In this document: piece by piece, positions 11,969-26,100 of the stretch | Layout of the letters: each line of letters starts with the position of its first letter | Numbering within the stretch: position 1 is the stretch's first letter | From: Ranitomeya imitator | Taxonomy: Eukaryota | Assembly (NCBI RefSeq): GCF_032444005.1 | Contig: NC_091284.1 | Location: forward strand, 191,518,001 to 191,582,000 | DNA: 64,000 bases | Direction: 5' to 3' | Made by a program: the position numbers and the translations under genes | The notes under the pieces: model-generated | The model's database searches: none | Told to the model about the DNA's origin: nothing | Seen by the model: only the letters and a program-made list of their open reading frames with translations

Positions 11969-14900
11969 TACAGTAAACAGTAGAATGATGTGCTTTACCA
12001 AAAACTCTATCTTGGTCTCATCTGACCACAAGACAGCTGCTGGCCCTCTAAAAGTAGTGGGGACCACCTGCTGTCCCTCAAGTTTCAAATTTTAGAATAT
12101 TAATACGAAAAAGAAAATTTCCCCACCTCAGATGGATAAATTATATCGCAGTAGCAATATATGGTTATGCAAAGCTTAGCCGTCTGCTAGCCCTCCAAAA
12201 ATGCATAGTAAAAGCTGGCTGCTGGCCTGCTAAAATTAGAGTGAAGGCCACATGCTGGCCCTCTAACAATAGTAAGAGCCACCTGATGGCCCTCTACAAA
12301 TTGTGATGGCTGCCTAATGGCAGTGAAAAAGAAATGTAACTTACAGAATCCCTCCTTCAAAAATTAAACAGTATGTGTCTTATCATGTCTCACACTCCAC
12401 ATGGACAGATAAGGTATTAAAATGATAAAATTATATTTCCAGTGGAATGTCTTGAAAGCAATGGAAACCTGCAAAAATGCAGAAAAACACTGCGTGTACA
12501 CATAGTCTAAGGTGTGAAAGAGCATTTTTTTTCTTTTTTCTTTTGGCTTATCCTGTAAACAATTTTTCTTAACATATTTCCAGTCAAATCTATTTTAACT
12601 GCAGTTTTTTTATTGTTTTATTGTCAGTCCTTAACAGTCGCATAACAGTCTGACAACATTGTTCTCAGCAGCGACCTGGGATTCAGAGATCTTTCCCATG
12701 CTGTTCCCATGCTATTTCTGTGCTGTTTTCATAATTTTCCACAATTTTTAGACCCCCTTCAGATCTCTGGGGTTAGTAGCTGTAAAAATGCTCGAGTTAC
12801 CCATTGGCTTTTATCATACTTATTACTTGGGTCGAGTACCCAAGCATTACGATTTGCCAAACCCGGGTAACGAGTGCCTGAGCATTTTAGTGTTCGATCA
12901 ACAATAGTGAATTCCCCATTCACAATATTTCCTTGAGGAGTGAAATCAATGAAAACAGTTATTCCCATCCCCTTCAGCCCCCTTCAGCTGTCTAGGCAAA
13001 GGCACTGAAACGTCTGGGGAAGAATTTCAAAATAAATTACATTTTTTAACGCGATAAGAGAATAGATATCATCTTTATTTTCAAGTAACAGCCCACTGCT
13101 GACTCTTGACTCTAATTAAGTGCACTCAATACCTCTGTGATCCATAATTCTGTCACTGCGCCTTTACTCAGGGGGAAAAATATGGGGTTGCAACAAGCAT
13201 CATGCAGACTCCTTGGTCTGGGAGGAGTAGTCTCTCATCAGCTGGTTCCTGCTGACGTACGGTAAATGTTATACCACTTGTCACCACTGTGGGCCACAGA
13301 AACTCTGTGGAGTCACGCTGACATCTGACACCATGACCCTGCAGCGCTCTCATCTCGGTAAGGTTTTTTTTTTACTTTGACCACAAATGCCGGCTGATGA
13401 GAGACTACTTCACCCATCAGCGGCACCTGCTGTCACTGTTATCAGTATTATCTCATCAGTCGGCATCTGCTGACTTTCGGTAACTTTTTCAATGCAGATC
13501 ACCGCATCTCTGCAGGGTCATGGCTGCATCTGAAAGCATGACCCGGCAGGCCTTTGACAGAGGTAATGATCTACTGATGGTAATGTTACTGCTGACCAGA
13601 ATCGCTACGCCGGTGGTTCCCATGCTGTCACACAGCGTGGGAAACACCGTCTTTTGTGTTCTGTATGTTCGACTATATTCAGTGAATAAATTGTCAATTA
13701 AATTGGCGAATATTGCAAATTTGGTGATCGTGAGCTGAACCGAATATTGAAATATTCGCTCATCTCTACTCATTACTCATAACGAGCTTTCTGCAATGCT
13801 CGATTGCTCGCATCGAGTAATGAGTATAAAGGAAGTCATTGGAAAACTCAAGCATTTTTCAGGCTGACTTTATCCGAGAGGTCTGTGGGGTATTAAAACA
13901 GCTGAAATTGGTAGAAATAGTGCTCAAATGGAATGAGAACAGCATGGGGAAGATGCTTGGACACATTTTTGACTCCAAGGTTGCTGCTGGGAACAATGTT
14001 GTCAGAGTATTACATCACTTTTACGGAGTGATAATAAATCATCAAAAACCGAAGATAAAATTGATTTTTATTAGAAAAAATCCTTTTGTTAGGAATATCT
14101 GGATGTAGATTATCCTCTTCCGGTTTCCAGACTTCCCTGTCGGTCTGTCGGTCTGTCAGTGCTGGGGACAGTGCTATCGCACACTTGGACGGTGCAACTA
14201 CACATGGTGGTTTCTCTTGTGTGGAAGTAGTGAGTGATGTGGGAACGCAGGACGATGCGCTTCCCACTTGTTTCACAGTACTGCAGACATGGGATGCTGT
14301 GTCTGTCTCTCAGTTGCAAGGCAACGCAGGATGCAGCCTTTTCTGTTGCCTTTCTGTTCAGGTGAGCAAAGAGTGGCTCCCTAGCTATGACTGACAGGAA
14401 CGCATCACCTCATTTTTAACTTTAGCATTGGGCTGGCTAATTAAAGCCTGCTCCCATCCAGTAAAATGCTGTTTATTAAGTTCCTTTGCATAGTGGTGCG
14501 ATGACTTCTTGATGTTGAAAATCAGGTTTTTTCTCAGCATTTGCTTACAGTATTTATCATACTTTTTCATCAGCTTTTGGTTTTTGGTTCCCTTTTGCTT
14601 TTTTCATTTTGGTTTTATACTACTAGCTTAGGACTTACTCGGATATCCTGACTCTAACATTGTCCAGCTTCCCTGCGAAAGCAGTCTGGGAAAGGCTCTG
14701 TAAAGCCTGTCCCCTTATGGGGAATGGGTGAAGAATATCCCAGACCTGTGTATTTGCCTAGCAGTGAAGGCTTTCACTAAGTACATCTCTGGCTGCAAAT
14801 TTGCTGGTCCAGTGCGAGCAGCTACCAAGTAGATTACCTTGTTTGCATAACACCATCTTTAATAAAGCATACACGTACATACATTAATTCTCATTTATCT

Positions 14901-15060
14901 AATAGGATTATGACAGCTATCCAGATCTGCATTCCACCACAAGAACCACTCTGGAGAAATCCATGGAGAATGAAATCATCCTCAGTGACAAAGTGAGGGA
15001 CTAATCACCCCATGTGGTCTCGGGGTATTGATACTTTTAAGAGTTCTGCTCTAACTCTTA

Positions 15061-16996
15061 GGCCGGCGTCACACACAGCGTAAAACAATACGGTCCGTAT
15101 ATTACGGCCGTAATACGCTGAAAAGTCCCGAAAATAGTGGTCCGTAGCTCCTCCGTAGGCAGGGTGTGTCAGCGTTTTTTGCGCATGGCATCCTCCGTAT
15201 GTAATCCGTATGGCATCCGTACTGCGTGGTTTTCTCGCAGGCTTGCAAAACCAACATACCGCTATAGAAATGATCCATGTGTCCCAAAAAGAAAAAAATA
15301 TATATATATACTGTCTATATATATATATATATATATATATGTCATTAGACACATATATGTATATATATTAATATTTTTTCCAGCGCTATACAGCTTGAAA
15401 GCCGGTAATTCAATTACCGGCTTTTTCTTTCTCCTTCCTAAAACCCGACATGATTTGAGACATGGTTTACATACAGTAAACCATGTCTTCTCTCCATTTT
15501 TTTTGCAGATTCCACACTACTAATGTCAGTAGTGTGTATCTGCAAAATTTGGCCGTTCTAGCTCTTAAAATAAAGGGTTAAATGGCGGAAAAAATTGGCG
15601 TGGGCTCCCGCGCAATTTTCTCCGCCAGAGTAGTAAAACACAAACACAAAATTATTTTTTAACTTTCTAGGAAAGTTCCCACGATCTATGAACATCCAGC
15701 AGAGGGCGCCTCACCGCAAATGAAGCTAAATATAGCTCATTGATCTATATTTAGCCTCATTCCCCGGGGTTTTGCAGCGAGGAGCAGCCTGCATTAGCAA
15801 AGCTCCTTGCTGCAAAATGTTTTAACCCCTTCAGAAGGATTTACATCGTTGGACGTTACAGATCTGCGGAGGGTAAGTATATTGTTGGTTTATTATGTTT
15901 TTTCTTTCACAGAACGAGGGTCTTCAGTGACTGGATTGGGCGTAGAATAAAATACTCCAACAACCATTGTTTTTATTTCATTAAAATAATTTTAAATAAT
16001 GTGTTTGTGTTTTATTTAACCCTTTACTACAATTGGATTAATAATGGATAGGTGTCATAATTGACGCCTCTCCATTATTAATTAGGCTTAATGTCACCTT
16101 ACAATAGCAAGGTGGCATTAACCCTTCATTACCCCATATCCCACCGCTACACGGGAATGGGAAGAGAGTGGCCAAGTGCCAGAATAGGCGCATCTTCCAG
16201 ATGTGCCTTTTCTGGGGTGGCTGGGGGCAGATATTTTTAGCCAGGGGGGGGCCAATAACCATGGACCCTCTACAGGCTATTAATATCTGCCCTCAGTCAC
16301 TGGCTTTACTACTCTGGCGGAGAAAATTGCGCGGGAACCCACGCCAATTTTTTCCGCCATTTAACCCTTTATTTTGAGAGCTAGAACGGCCAAATTTTGC
16401 AGATACACACTACTGACATTAGTAGTGTGGAATCTGCAAAAAAAATGGAGAGAAGACATGGTTTACTGTATGTAAACCATGTCTCAAATCATGTCGGGTT
16501 TTAGGAAGGAGAAAGAAAAAGCCGGTAATTGAATTACCGGCTTTCAAGCTGTATAGCGCTGGAATAAATAATAATATATACATATATGTGTCTCACTGAC
16601 ATATATATATATATATACCTATTCTATGTGTACACATTTATTCTACCTATTCTACTGTAAGCTGTCAGTGTGATTTTACTGTACACCGCACTGAATTACC
16701 GGCTTTTCTCTCTAACAGCGCTGCGTATTTCTCGCAAGTCACACTGCTTGTCCGTGTGAAATCCGTATTTTTCACGCTTCCATAGACTTTCATTGGCGTA
16801 TTTCTTGCGCAGTATGGTGACAAACGCAGCATGCTGCGATTTTGTACGGCCGTAGAAAGCCGTATAATACTGATCAGTAAAATACGGCAGATAGGAGCAG
16901 GGGCATAGAGAATAATTGTGCCGTATTTTTTGCGAGTTTTACGGACGTAGTTTCTGCGCTCTTACGTCCGTAAAACTCGCAAGTGTGACGCCGGCC
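15061..16996. mobile_element. Non-autonomous PIF/Harbinger element, 1936 bp
   Basis: TIR GGCCGGCGTCACAC / GTGTGACGCCGGCC with TTA TSD both sides. Internal inverted arms ~15385-15630 and ~16315-16565. Confidence 0.9.
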
Positions 16997-17228
16997 TTAG
17001 GGTGCAGCTGTGGGACTCTATATTCAGACATGATATCCTCTACCCAACTCTCAAAAAGCTGAAAGGTCTTTAGTGGAGATGGGTAGTCAATAGTGTTGAG
17101 CGATACCTTCCGATATCGGAAAGTATCGGTATCGGATTGGATCGGCCGATATTCGAAAAATATCGGATAGCGCCGATACCGATACCCGATACCAATGCAA
17201 GTCAATGGGACCAAAATATCGGAATTAA

Positions 17229-18173
17229 AGGGCCACTGTCACCCCCCTCCAGCCGTTATAAACTAAAAGAGCCACCTTGTGCAGCAGTAATGCTGCATTC
17301 TAACAAGGTGGCTCTTTTAGTTTTGTGTTCATGTATTACTAAAATAAAGCGTTTTGAAACTTTTCAAAAATACCTGTCTTTGTCCACGGAGGCGGTTCTG
17401 AAGCCTCCTCTGTGAAGCGCCCAACTGCAGTCACTCGTCTCTTCTGGGGTGATGGTCGCCGCCCCCTGCGCGCTGTTTTCTTCTGAAATCCGGCGCCTGC
17501 GCTGTGCGTGCCTGTCTGGGGCAGGCGCAGTGAGAATTGGCCGTCATAGCTCTCAGATGCTGGGTTCCTGCCTGCGCCTGTGTGGGCAGTGCGGCCACCG
17601 TTACTGAATCCCCGCCCCGCACTGTGTTATGCATTATGCACAGTGCGGGGCTGGGAATCCTGGGCAGATTCCTGCACAGACCGACGCTGGAAGGCGGGGA
17701 ACCTGGGGGAGCATCTGACAAGCGCAGTGCGCATGCCCAGGAATTCCAGCCCCGCACTGTGCATAATGCATAATACAGTGTGGGGCGGGGATTCAGTAAC
17801 AGGGTGGCCGCACTGCCCGCACAGGCGCAGTCAGGAATCCGGCATCTGAGATCTATGACGGCCAATTCTCACTGCGCTTGCCCCAGGCAGGCACGCCCAG
17901 CGCAGGCGCTGGATTTCAGAAGAAAACAGGGCGCAGGGGGCGGCGACCATCGCCCCAGAAGAGATGAGTGACTGCCGTTGGGCGCTTCACAGAGGAGGCT
18001 TCAGACCCGCCTCCATGGACAAAGACAGGTATTTTTGAAAAGTTTCAAAACGCTTTATTTTAGTAATACATGAACACTAAACTAAAAGAGCCACCTTGTT
18101 AGAATGCGGCATTTCTGCTGCACAAGGTGGCTCTTTTAGTTTATAACGGCTGGAGGGGGGTGACAGTGGCCCT
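17229..18173. mobile_element. T2/Kolobok-type fold-back MITE nested in the hAT element
   Basis: TTAA TSD (17225-28 and 18174-77), AGGGCCACTGTCACCCCCC termini, near-complete palindrome. Confidence 0.9.
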
Positions 18174-18329
18174 TTAAAATAAACCCTTTCTTTCCTTGTA
18201 GGTTCATTCTACATGAAGGAAAACAACTAAGAATAATGTAGGATGTATTGGGGAGGTGGCGGAGACATTAAAGGCATAGAGGTTTAGCCCAATCAAATAG
18301 AATAGCAGGAATTTTATTATTTTTTAAGA

Positions 18330-19040
18330 TGTTCGGAGTTACAAAGATATTGACTATGTTAAGATATTTTTTATTTTGGCAGATATTGATGTTTCACTAC
18401 TTCAACGCCCTTCACTTTTTTTTTTACTTTTCCCACACTTTCTTCTTCATCATCATCAGCATCTTTGACATCAACTTCTTCTTCACCTTATTCATCTTCT
18501 TCATCTTCTACCTATTTTTTTTTTGTGACATTCTTCATATTCTTTTTATTCAACTATTATTATTCTTCATATTCTACTTCTTCATCATATTCCTATTTGT
18601 GACAGGCATTCCCGTAGTTGATATCTATAAAAGTTTGAAGATTACACCTTCCGTTCTGCCTGTCACAAAAGAGTTACATTTGTCCGCGTTCAGTTTGGCC
18701 TGCAGCATCATGCTTTATCCAGGGGCACCACGAGGAGGAACGGACTCACCCCCATACGCTGCTTAGTCTTCTTCTGCTTATAATTTAGATAATATCTTTT
18801 GCTCTGATATTAAGTGTTATGCTTAATGTTCTTCTGCTCTTTGTTCTGCAGCCTCTTTTTCTTCTCCTTCTCGGTCTTCCATGTCGTCGTCTCCAGGGTC
18901 GTCGTCTCCGGAGTCGTCGTCATCGTCGTCATCGGGGTAGTCTTCAGGGTCGTCGTCTCCAGGGTCGTCGTCATCTCAATGGTTGTCATCTCTGGTGTCG
19001 TCGTCATCTTAGGGGTGGTCTTCCGGGTCGTCGTCTTTAG
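18330..19040. repeat. Low-complexity (TTC/ATC)n and (GTC)n simple repeats
   Basis: Runs of CTTCTT/CATCAT followed by GTCGTCGTC units. Confidence 0.8.
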
Positions 19041-19094
19041 GGTCTTGAACTTGGAAATGTAGCAGAAGGTACAAAAAGGTTGAGAAAATGCCGA

Positions 19095-20120
19095 GAACCA
19101 GCTGATGGAACTGGAACTCAGATGGCTACCCGAAGATCCAAGAGCCAATGGAACTACTGAGGACCAGCTGACGTTACTGGAACCCGGTTACTAAGCAGGA
19201 GGTACCCGTGCCAGAAAGCACTACCAAGGACCACCTGACGTTGGTGGAACTCGGATACCCAGAAGGAGGCACCTAAGCCAAAGGCTCTGCCCGGAACCAG
19301 CTGACGGTACTGGAACCAGGATGGGGAGCAGAAGGTACAAGAGCAAAAGACACTGCCAAGAACCAGCTGACGGTACTGGATCCCGGATGGGTAGCCAAAG
19401 GTCCAAGAGCCAATGGAACTACCGAGGACCAGCTGACGTTACTAGAACCCGATTACTAAGCAGGAGGTACCCGTGCCTGAAAGCACTACCAAGGACCACC
19501 TGACGTTGGTGGAACTCGGATACCCAGAAGGAGGCACCTAAGCCAAAGGCTCTGCCCGGAACCACATCACGGTACTGGAACCAGGATGGGGAGCAGAAGG
19601 TACAAGAGCAAAAGACACTGCCGAGAACCAGCTGACAGTACTGGAACCCGGATGCGTTGGCCAAGTGTGCAAGAGCCAATGGCACGACCGAGGACCAGCT
19701 GACAGTGCTGGAACCCGGTTACTAAGCAGGAGGTACCGATGCTAAAAAGCACTACCAAGGACCGCCTGACGTTGGCGGAACTTGGATACCCAGAAGGAGG
19801 CACCTAAGCCAAAGGCTCTGCCCGGAACCAGCTGACGGTGCTGGAACCAGGATGTGGACCAGAAGGTCCACAGGAGAGGAGAGAACAGCTAGGCCGCGAG
19901 GCTGCCGCAGTTACCGAACACCAACAGTCCTACAGGGGGAGCTTGGCCTACTGGCACTACAGAACCAGCCTTGATTGCCAATTCCCGCAGCCCACATAGG
20001 AAGCTCCTAAACTGGAGGCACCATGGAGTTGGCTAACCCGACTGCAACACGACGGGACAATGTATAGGCGTGTAAGTGACCTTGACACTACCCGGAACCA
20101 GCTGACGGTGCTGGAACCAG
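19095..20120. repeat. 66-bp minisatellite arranged as a 4-mer (~266-bp) higher-order repeat
   Basis: Core CCAGCTGACGGTACTGGAACC recurs about every 66 bp. Variant monomers recur at ~266-bp spacing (19162, 19428, 19696). Confidence 0.8.
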
Positions 20121-20129
20121 GATGTGGAC

Positions 20130-23100
20130 CTATTGAAGAATATCTTCCTAGAGCCCCAACTGGCGGTGTTGGAGCAAAGGGTCAGCAGGGGGAGCAGAGT
20201 GTAGGCCGAAGCCTGCACTGGAGGCAGCTTTGTGTCTGCATGGCGTTTGCAGGACACATTGCCGGCTACACAGCAGGGGAACAGCTGGTGTTGCTGAACC
20301 CCACTGACACATTGGCGGGTGTTTTTCTCTGTGCACCTAGCAATTCCGGGCACCAACTGGCGGTGTTAGAGCCCAGGGTCAGCAGGAGGAGAAGAGTGTA
20401 GGCCAAAGCCTAATTGAACCAATTTCAAAGGTAACCTTTAACACCCCCTCAGGTGTTACAAAGTAGAAGAGCCACACCTTGTGCAGCAGAATTGCTGAAC
20501 AAGTAAATGGTTGCTCTTTAAATTTTGCTCCTTGCACACTCTGAATGAAACACGTATACAATTTAGCCCATTATACAGTCTAACTGTATTGGAGGCGTGA
20601 CTTGCCTTTTTAATGAGACGCAGCACAGGTGTCAAAAATAACACCTTGGTGCTGGGCGCAGCCTCCTGAGCGTTGTTATTTGCTGTACAGGAGTCTGCGC
20701 TCTTGTGTTCTCCCTTGGCCATGAGCTGTTAGCGCCGCCCGTCTTCTGACCTCATTTCATGTCGGCAGTGTCTTTTGATTAATTCACACTGCGGGGCTGG
20801 GATTCATGGCCTTGCGCAGTAAATATGTTCGCCTCTTACACATTTCCTTACACCTGCTCCAGACTAGGCGGCCTCAGCTGATCCCTTATCGCATGCCATG
20901 GCCATGAGGCCGCACAGTCTGAAGAAGGCGGAAAGAGATGAGTGAAGAGTCAGACAGGCGAAGATATGCACTGCTCATGCCCATCAATCACACCCTCGCA
21001 GTCAAAAGAAATAAGACACTGAGGGGCATTGTATCGGGCAGGGCGGAGGCACAGGTGCAGCAAGCCAACCAATGATGTCAGAAGACGGCTAGCGCTACCA
21101 AGGGGGTTGCTGCGTGTCATTAAAAAGGAAAGTCACAGCTCAGGGATGGTGTAATGGTCTCAGGGGACAGATTTTTTACGTGTTGAGTTCGACGTGTGCA
21201 AGGAGAAAAAGTGAGCCACCTTGTACAAATGCAGCATTACTGCTGTACAAGGTGGCTGTTATACATAGAAACACCAGGGGGGAAGGCCGGTTCCCTTTAA
21301 TTTCAGTTCAGGTGTCTGCGTGGCATTTGCAGGACACGATGCCGGCTACACAGCAGGGGAACAGCTGGCGTTGCTGAACCCATCCTGACACATTGACGGG
21401 TGTTTTTCTCTGTGCAGCTAGCACTTCCGGGCAAAAACTGGCGGTGTTAGAGCCCAGGGTCAGCAGGAGGAGGATAGGAGCAGAGTGTAAGCCAAAGCCT
21501 GCACTGGAGGCAGCTTTGTGTCTGCGTGGCGTTTGCAGGACACAATGCCGGCTACACAGCAGGGGAACAGCTGGCGTTGCTGAACCCCACTGACACATTG
21601 GCGGGTGTTTTTCTCTGTGCAGCTAGCACTTCCGGGCACCAACTGGCGGTGTTACAGCCTAGGGACAGCAGGAGGAGGAGAGGAGCAGAGTGTAGGCCGA
21701 AGCCTGCACTGGTGGCAGCTTTAGGTCTGTTGTGCCAGCGTGGCTTGTGCTGGACACGTTGCCGGCTACACAGCAGGGGAACAGCTGGTGTTGCTGAACC
21801 CTACTGACACATTGGCGGGTGTTTTTCTCTGTGCACCTAGCACTTCCGGGCACCAACTGGCGTTGCTAGAGCCCAGGGTCAGCAGGAGGAGCAGAGTGTA
21901 GGCCAAAGCCTAATTGAACCAATTTCAAAGGTAACCTTTAACACCCCCTCAGGTGTTACAAAGTAGAAGAGCCACACCTTGTGCAGCAGAATTGCTGAAC
22001 AAGTAAATGGTTGCTCTTTAAATTTTGCTCCTTGCACACGCTGAATGAAACACGTATACAATTTAGCCCATTATACAGTCTAACTGTATTGGAGGCGTGA
22101 CTTGCCTTTTTAATGAGACGCATCACAGGTGTCAAAAATAACACCTTAGTGCTGGGCGCAGCCTCCTGAGCGTCGTTATTTACTTTACAGGAGTCTGCGC
22201 TCTTGTGTTCTCCCTTGGCCATGCGCTATTAGTGCTGCCCGTCTTCTGACCTCATTTCATGTGGGCCGGTGCGGTTAGCGATGCCCATTAATCTCAGCCC
22301 CGCAGTGTCTTTTGATTAATTCACACTGCGGGGCTGGGATTCATGGCCTTGCACAGTAAATATGTTCGCCTCTCACACATGTCCTTACACCTGCTTCAGA
22401 CTGGGCGGCCTCAGCTGATCCCTTATCGCATGCTACGGCCATGAGGCCGCACAGTCTGAAGAAGGTGGAAGGAGATGAGTGAAGAGTCAGACAGGCGAAG
22501 ATATGCACTGCTCATGCCCATCAATCACACCCTCGCAGTCAAAAAAAATAAGACACCGAGGGGCGTTGTATCGGGCAGGGCGGACGCACAGGTGCAGCAA
22601 GCCAACCAATGATGTCAGAAGACGGCTAGCGCTACCAAGGGGATTGCTGCGTGTCATTAAAAAGGAAAGTCACACCTCAGGGTCGGTGTAATGGTCTCAG
22701 GGGACATTTTTTTTACGTGTTGAGTTCGACATGTGCAAGGAGAAAAAGTGAGCCACCTTGTACAAATGCAGCATTACTGCTGTACAATGTGGCTGTTATA
22801 CATAGAAACGCCTGGGGGGGCCTGTTCCCTTTAATTTCAGTTCAGGTGTCTGAGTGGCGTTTGCAGGACACGATGCCGTCTACACAGCAGGGGAACAGCT
22901 GGCGTTGCTGAACCCCACTGACACATTGACAGGTGTTTTTCTCTGTGCAGCTAGCACTTCTGGGCAAAAACTGGCGGTGTTAGAGCCCAGGGTCAGCAGG
23001 AGCAGGAGAGGAGCAGAGTGTACGCCGAAGCCTGAACTGGAGGCAGCTTTGTGTCTGCGTGGCGTTTGCAGGACACAATGCTGGCTACACAGCAGGGGAA

Positions 23101-26100
23101 CAGCTGGTGTTGCTGAACCCCACTGACACATTGGCGGGTGTTTTTCTCTGTGCAGCTAGCACTTCCGGGCACCAACTGGAGGTGTTAGAGCCCAGGGACA
23201 GCAGGAGGAAGAGAGGAGCAGAGGGTAGGCCGAAGCCTGCACTGGTGGCAGCTTTAGGTCTGTTGTGCCAACGTGGCTTGTGCTGGGCATGTTGCGGGCT
23301 ACACAGCAGGGGAACAGCTGGCGTTGCTGAACCCCACTGACACATTGGCGGGTGTTTTTCTCTGTGCAGCTAGCACTTCCGGGCAAAAACTGGCGGTGTT
23401 AGAGCCCAGGGTCAGCAGGAGGAGGAGAGGAGCAGAGTGTAGGCCGAAGCCTGCACTGGAGGCAGCTTTGTGTCTGCGTGGCGTTTGCAGGACACAATGC
23501 TGGCTACATAGCAGGGGAATAGCTGGCATTGCTGAACCCCACTGTCACATTGGCGGGTGTTTTTCTCTGTGCAGCTAGCACTTCCGGGCACCAAATGGAG
23601 GTGTTAGAGCCCAGGGACAGCAGGAGGAAGAGAGGAGCAGAGGGTAGGCCGAAGCCTGCACTGGTGGCAGCTTTAGGTCTGTTGTGCCAGCGTGGCTTGT
23701 GCTGGACACGTTGCCGGCTACACAGCAGGGGAACAGCTGGCGTTGCTGAACCCCACTGACACATTGGCGGGTGTTTTTCTCTGTGCAGCTAGCACTTCCG
23801 GGCACCAACTGGAGGTGTTAGAGCCCAGGGTCAGCAGGAGGAGCAGAGTGTAGGCCGATGCCTAATTGAACCAATTTCAAAGGTAACCTTTAACCCACCC
23901 TCAGTTGTTACAAACTAGAAGAGCCACACCTTGTGCAGCAGAATTGCTGAACAAGTAAAAGGTCGCTCTTTAAATTTTGCTCCTTGCACACGCTGAATGA
24001 AACACGTATACAATTTATCAATACATAGATACACCAAGCAAAAATAACCAGTTTCAGCCAAAAGCATCACTGTAGTTGCTTCTCCAGTACTATATAGTAT
24101 CAGGAATAGTGGACAAACCAATATTACTACCAAAATATAAGTGCATAAAAGCACTTACAGACCACTATGACACATTAAAATAAAATCAATAAAGTTTATT
24201 GAAACAAAATCTTAAAACAATACAAAAATACCATGTGAGGATGAGGAAAAAAGACTCAGACAGATTTACATATTTAAGCAGCAAGAAAATATCAAAATAT
24301 TTTAGGACAAGCATACCGGTATCATATTTGTAAATAGGGTCATGCAAAAAAAGCCTCCTATACAAATCCTCTAAGGTCCTAGTCTCATTTATATCGACCC
24401 GGATAATGGGAATTCAATTGCACTAGACACCTATCGACCAGTAATAAATAAAGTGCTTACCCATAGTGAGTACTGCTGCAGAATTGCCCCTAGCCCATTA
24501 TACAGTCTAACTGTATTGGAGGCGTGACTTGCCTTTTTAATGAGACGCAGCACAGTTGTCAAAAATAACACCTTGGTGCTGGGCGCAGCCTCCTGAGTGT
24601 CGTTATTTACTTTACAGGAGTCTGCGCTCTTGTGTTCTCCCTTGGCCATGCGCTATTAGCGCTGCCCGTCTTCTGACCTCATTTCATGTCGGCCGGTGCT
24701 GTTAGCGATGCCCATTAATCTCAGCCCCGCAGTGTCTTTTGATTAATTCACACTGCGGGGCTGGGATTCATGGCCTTGCACAGTAAATATGTTCGCCTCT
24801 CACACATGTCCTTACACCTGCTTCAGACTGGGCGGCCTCAGCTGATCCCTTATCGCATGCCACGGCCATGAGGCCGCACAGTCTGAAGGTGGAAGGAGAT
24901 GTGTGAAGAGTCAGACAGGCGAAGATATGCACTGCTCATGCCCATCAATCACACCCTCGCAGTCAAAATAAATAAGACAACGAGGGGCGTTGTATCGGGC
25001 AGGGCGGACGCACAGGTGCAGCAAGCCAACCAATGATGTCAGAAGACGGCTAGCGCTACCAAGGAGGTTGCTGCGTGTCATTAAAAAGGAAAGTCACACC
25101 TCAGGGACGGTGTAATGGTCTCAGGGGACACACTTTTTACATGTTGAGTTCGACGTGTGCAAGGAGAAAAAGTGAGCCACCTTGTACAAATGCAGCATTA
25201 CTGCGGTACAAGGTGGCTGTTATACATAGAAACGCCTGGGGGGGCCTGTTCCCTTTAATTTCAGTTCAGGTGTCTGCGTGGCGTTTGCAGGACACGATGC
25301 TGTCTACACAGCAGGGGAACAGCTGGCGTTGCTGAACCCCACTGACACATTGGCGGGTGTCTTTCTCTGTGCAGCTAGCACTTCCGGGCAAAAACTGGCG
25401 GTGTTAGAGCCCAGGGTCAGCAGGAGGAGGAGAGGAGCAGAGTGTAGGCCAATGCCTGCACTGGAGGCAGCTTTGTGTCTGCGTGGCTTGTGCTGGACAC
25501 GATGCCGGCTACACAGCAGGGGAACAGCTTGCGTTGCTGAACCCCACTGACACATTGGCTGGTGTTTTTCTCTGTGCAGCTAGCACTTCCGGGCAAAAAA
25601 TGGCAGTGTTAGAGGCCAGGGTCTGCAGGAGGAGCAGAGTGTAGGCCTAAGCCTGCCCTGGAGCAACTTGAAAGGGAACCATTAACCCCCCCAGGCATTT
25701 GTTGCTGAAAGAGCCATCTTGTACAGCACTAATGCTGCAAAAGGAAAAGGTGGCTCTTTTAATTATGCTCCTTGCAAACGCTGAACTAGACACTCATGTA
25801 ATGTGTCCCCTCACACCGTAAAACCATCCCGGAGGTGGGACTTTCCTTTGTAATGTGTCGCAGCACAGCCGTCATTTCTGCCCCCTTGGTGCCGTGCGAC
25901 GCCTCTTCAGCATTGTTTTAATCTGTCCCGGAGCCTGCGCTGTAATGTTATCCCTTGGCCATGCACACTTAGCGCTGCCCGTCTTCTGACATCATTTGGT
26001 GTCAGGCTGGCTGCACCTGTGCATCCACGCTGCCCGAGATCCCACCTCGCAGTGTCGTCTAATGTAATCCCACTGCGGGCCTGGGATCCATGGGCATGCG

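Noticed and set aside
14639-14856. Minus-strand reading ending ...MLESGYP, reminiscent of MMP hemopexin repeats
   Set aside because: Internal stop, no other hemopexin motifs, and the opposite strand has stronger splice signals.
18329-19148. F/I-rich and T-rich (mucin-like) ORFs
   Set aside because: Translations of (TTC)n and (GTC)n simple repeats inside the hAT element.
19095-20120. CRISPR-like look of a 21-bp motif with ~45-bp spacers
   Set aside because: The spacers themselves recur every fourth unit, the context is eukaryotic and there are no cas genes; it is a higher-order minisatellite.
20033-25555. Numerous 60-110 aa ORFs in the tandem repeat zone
   Set aside because: Reiterated translations of GC-rich repeat units on both strands, with no domain signal.
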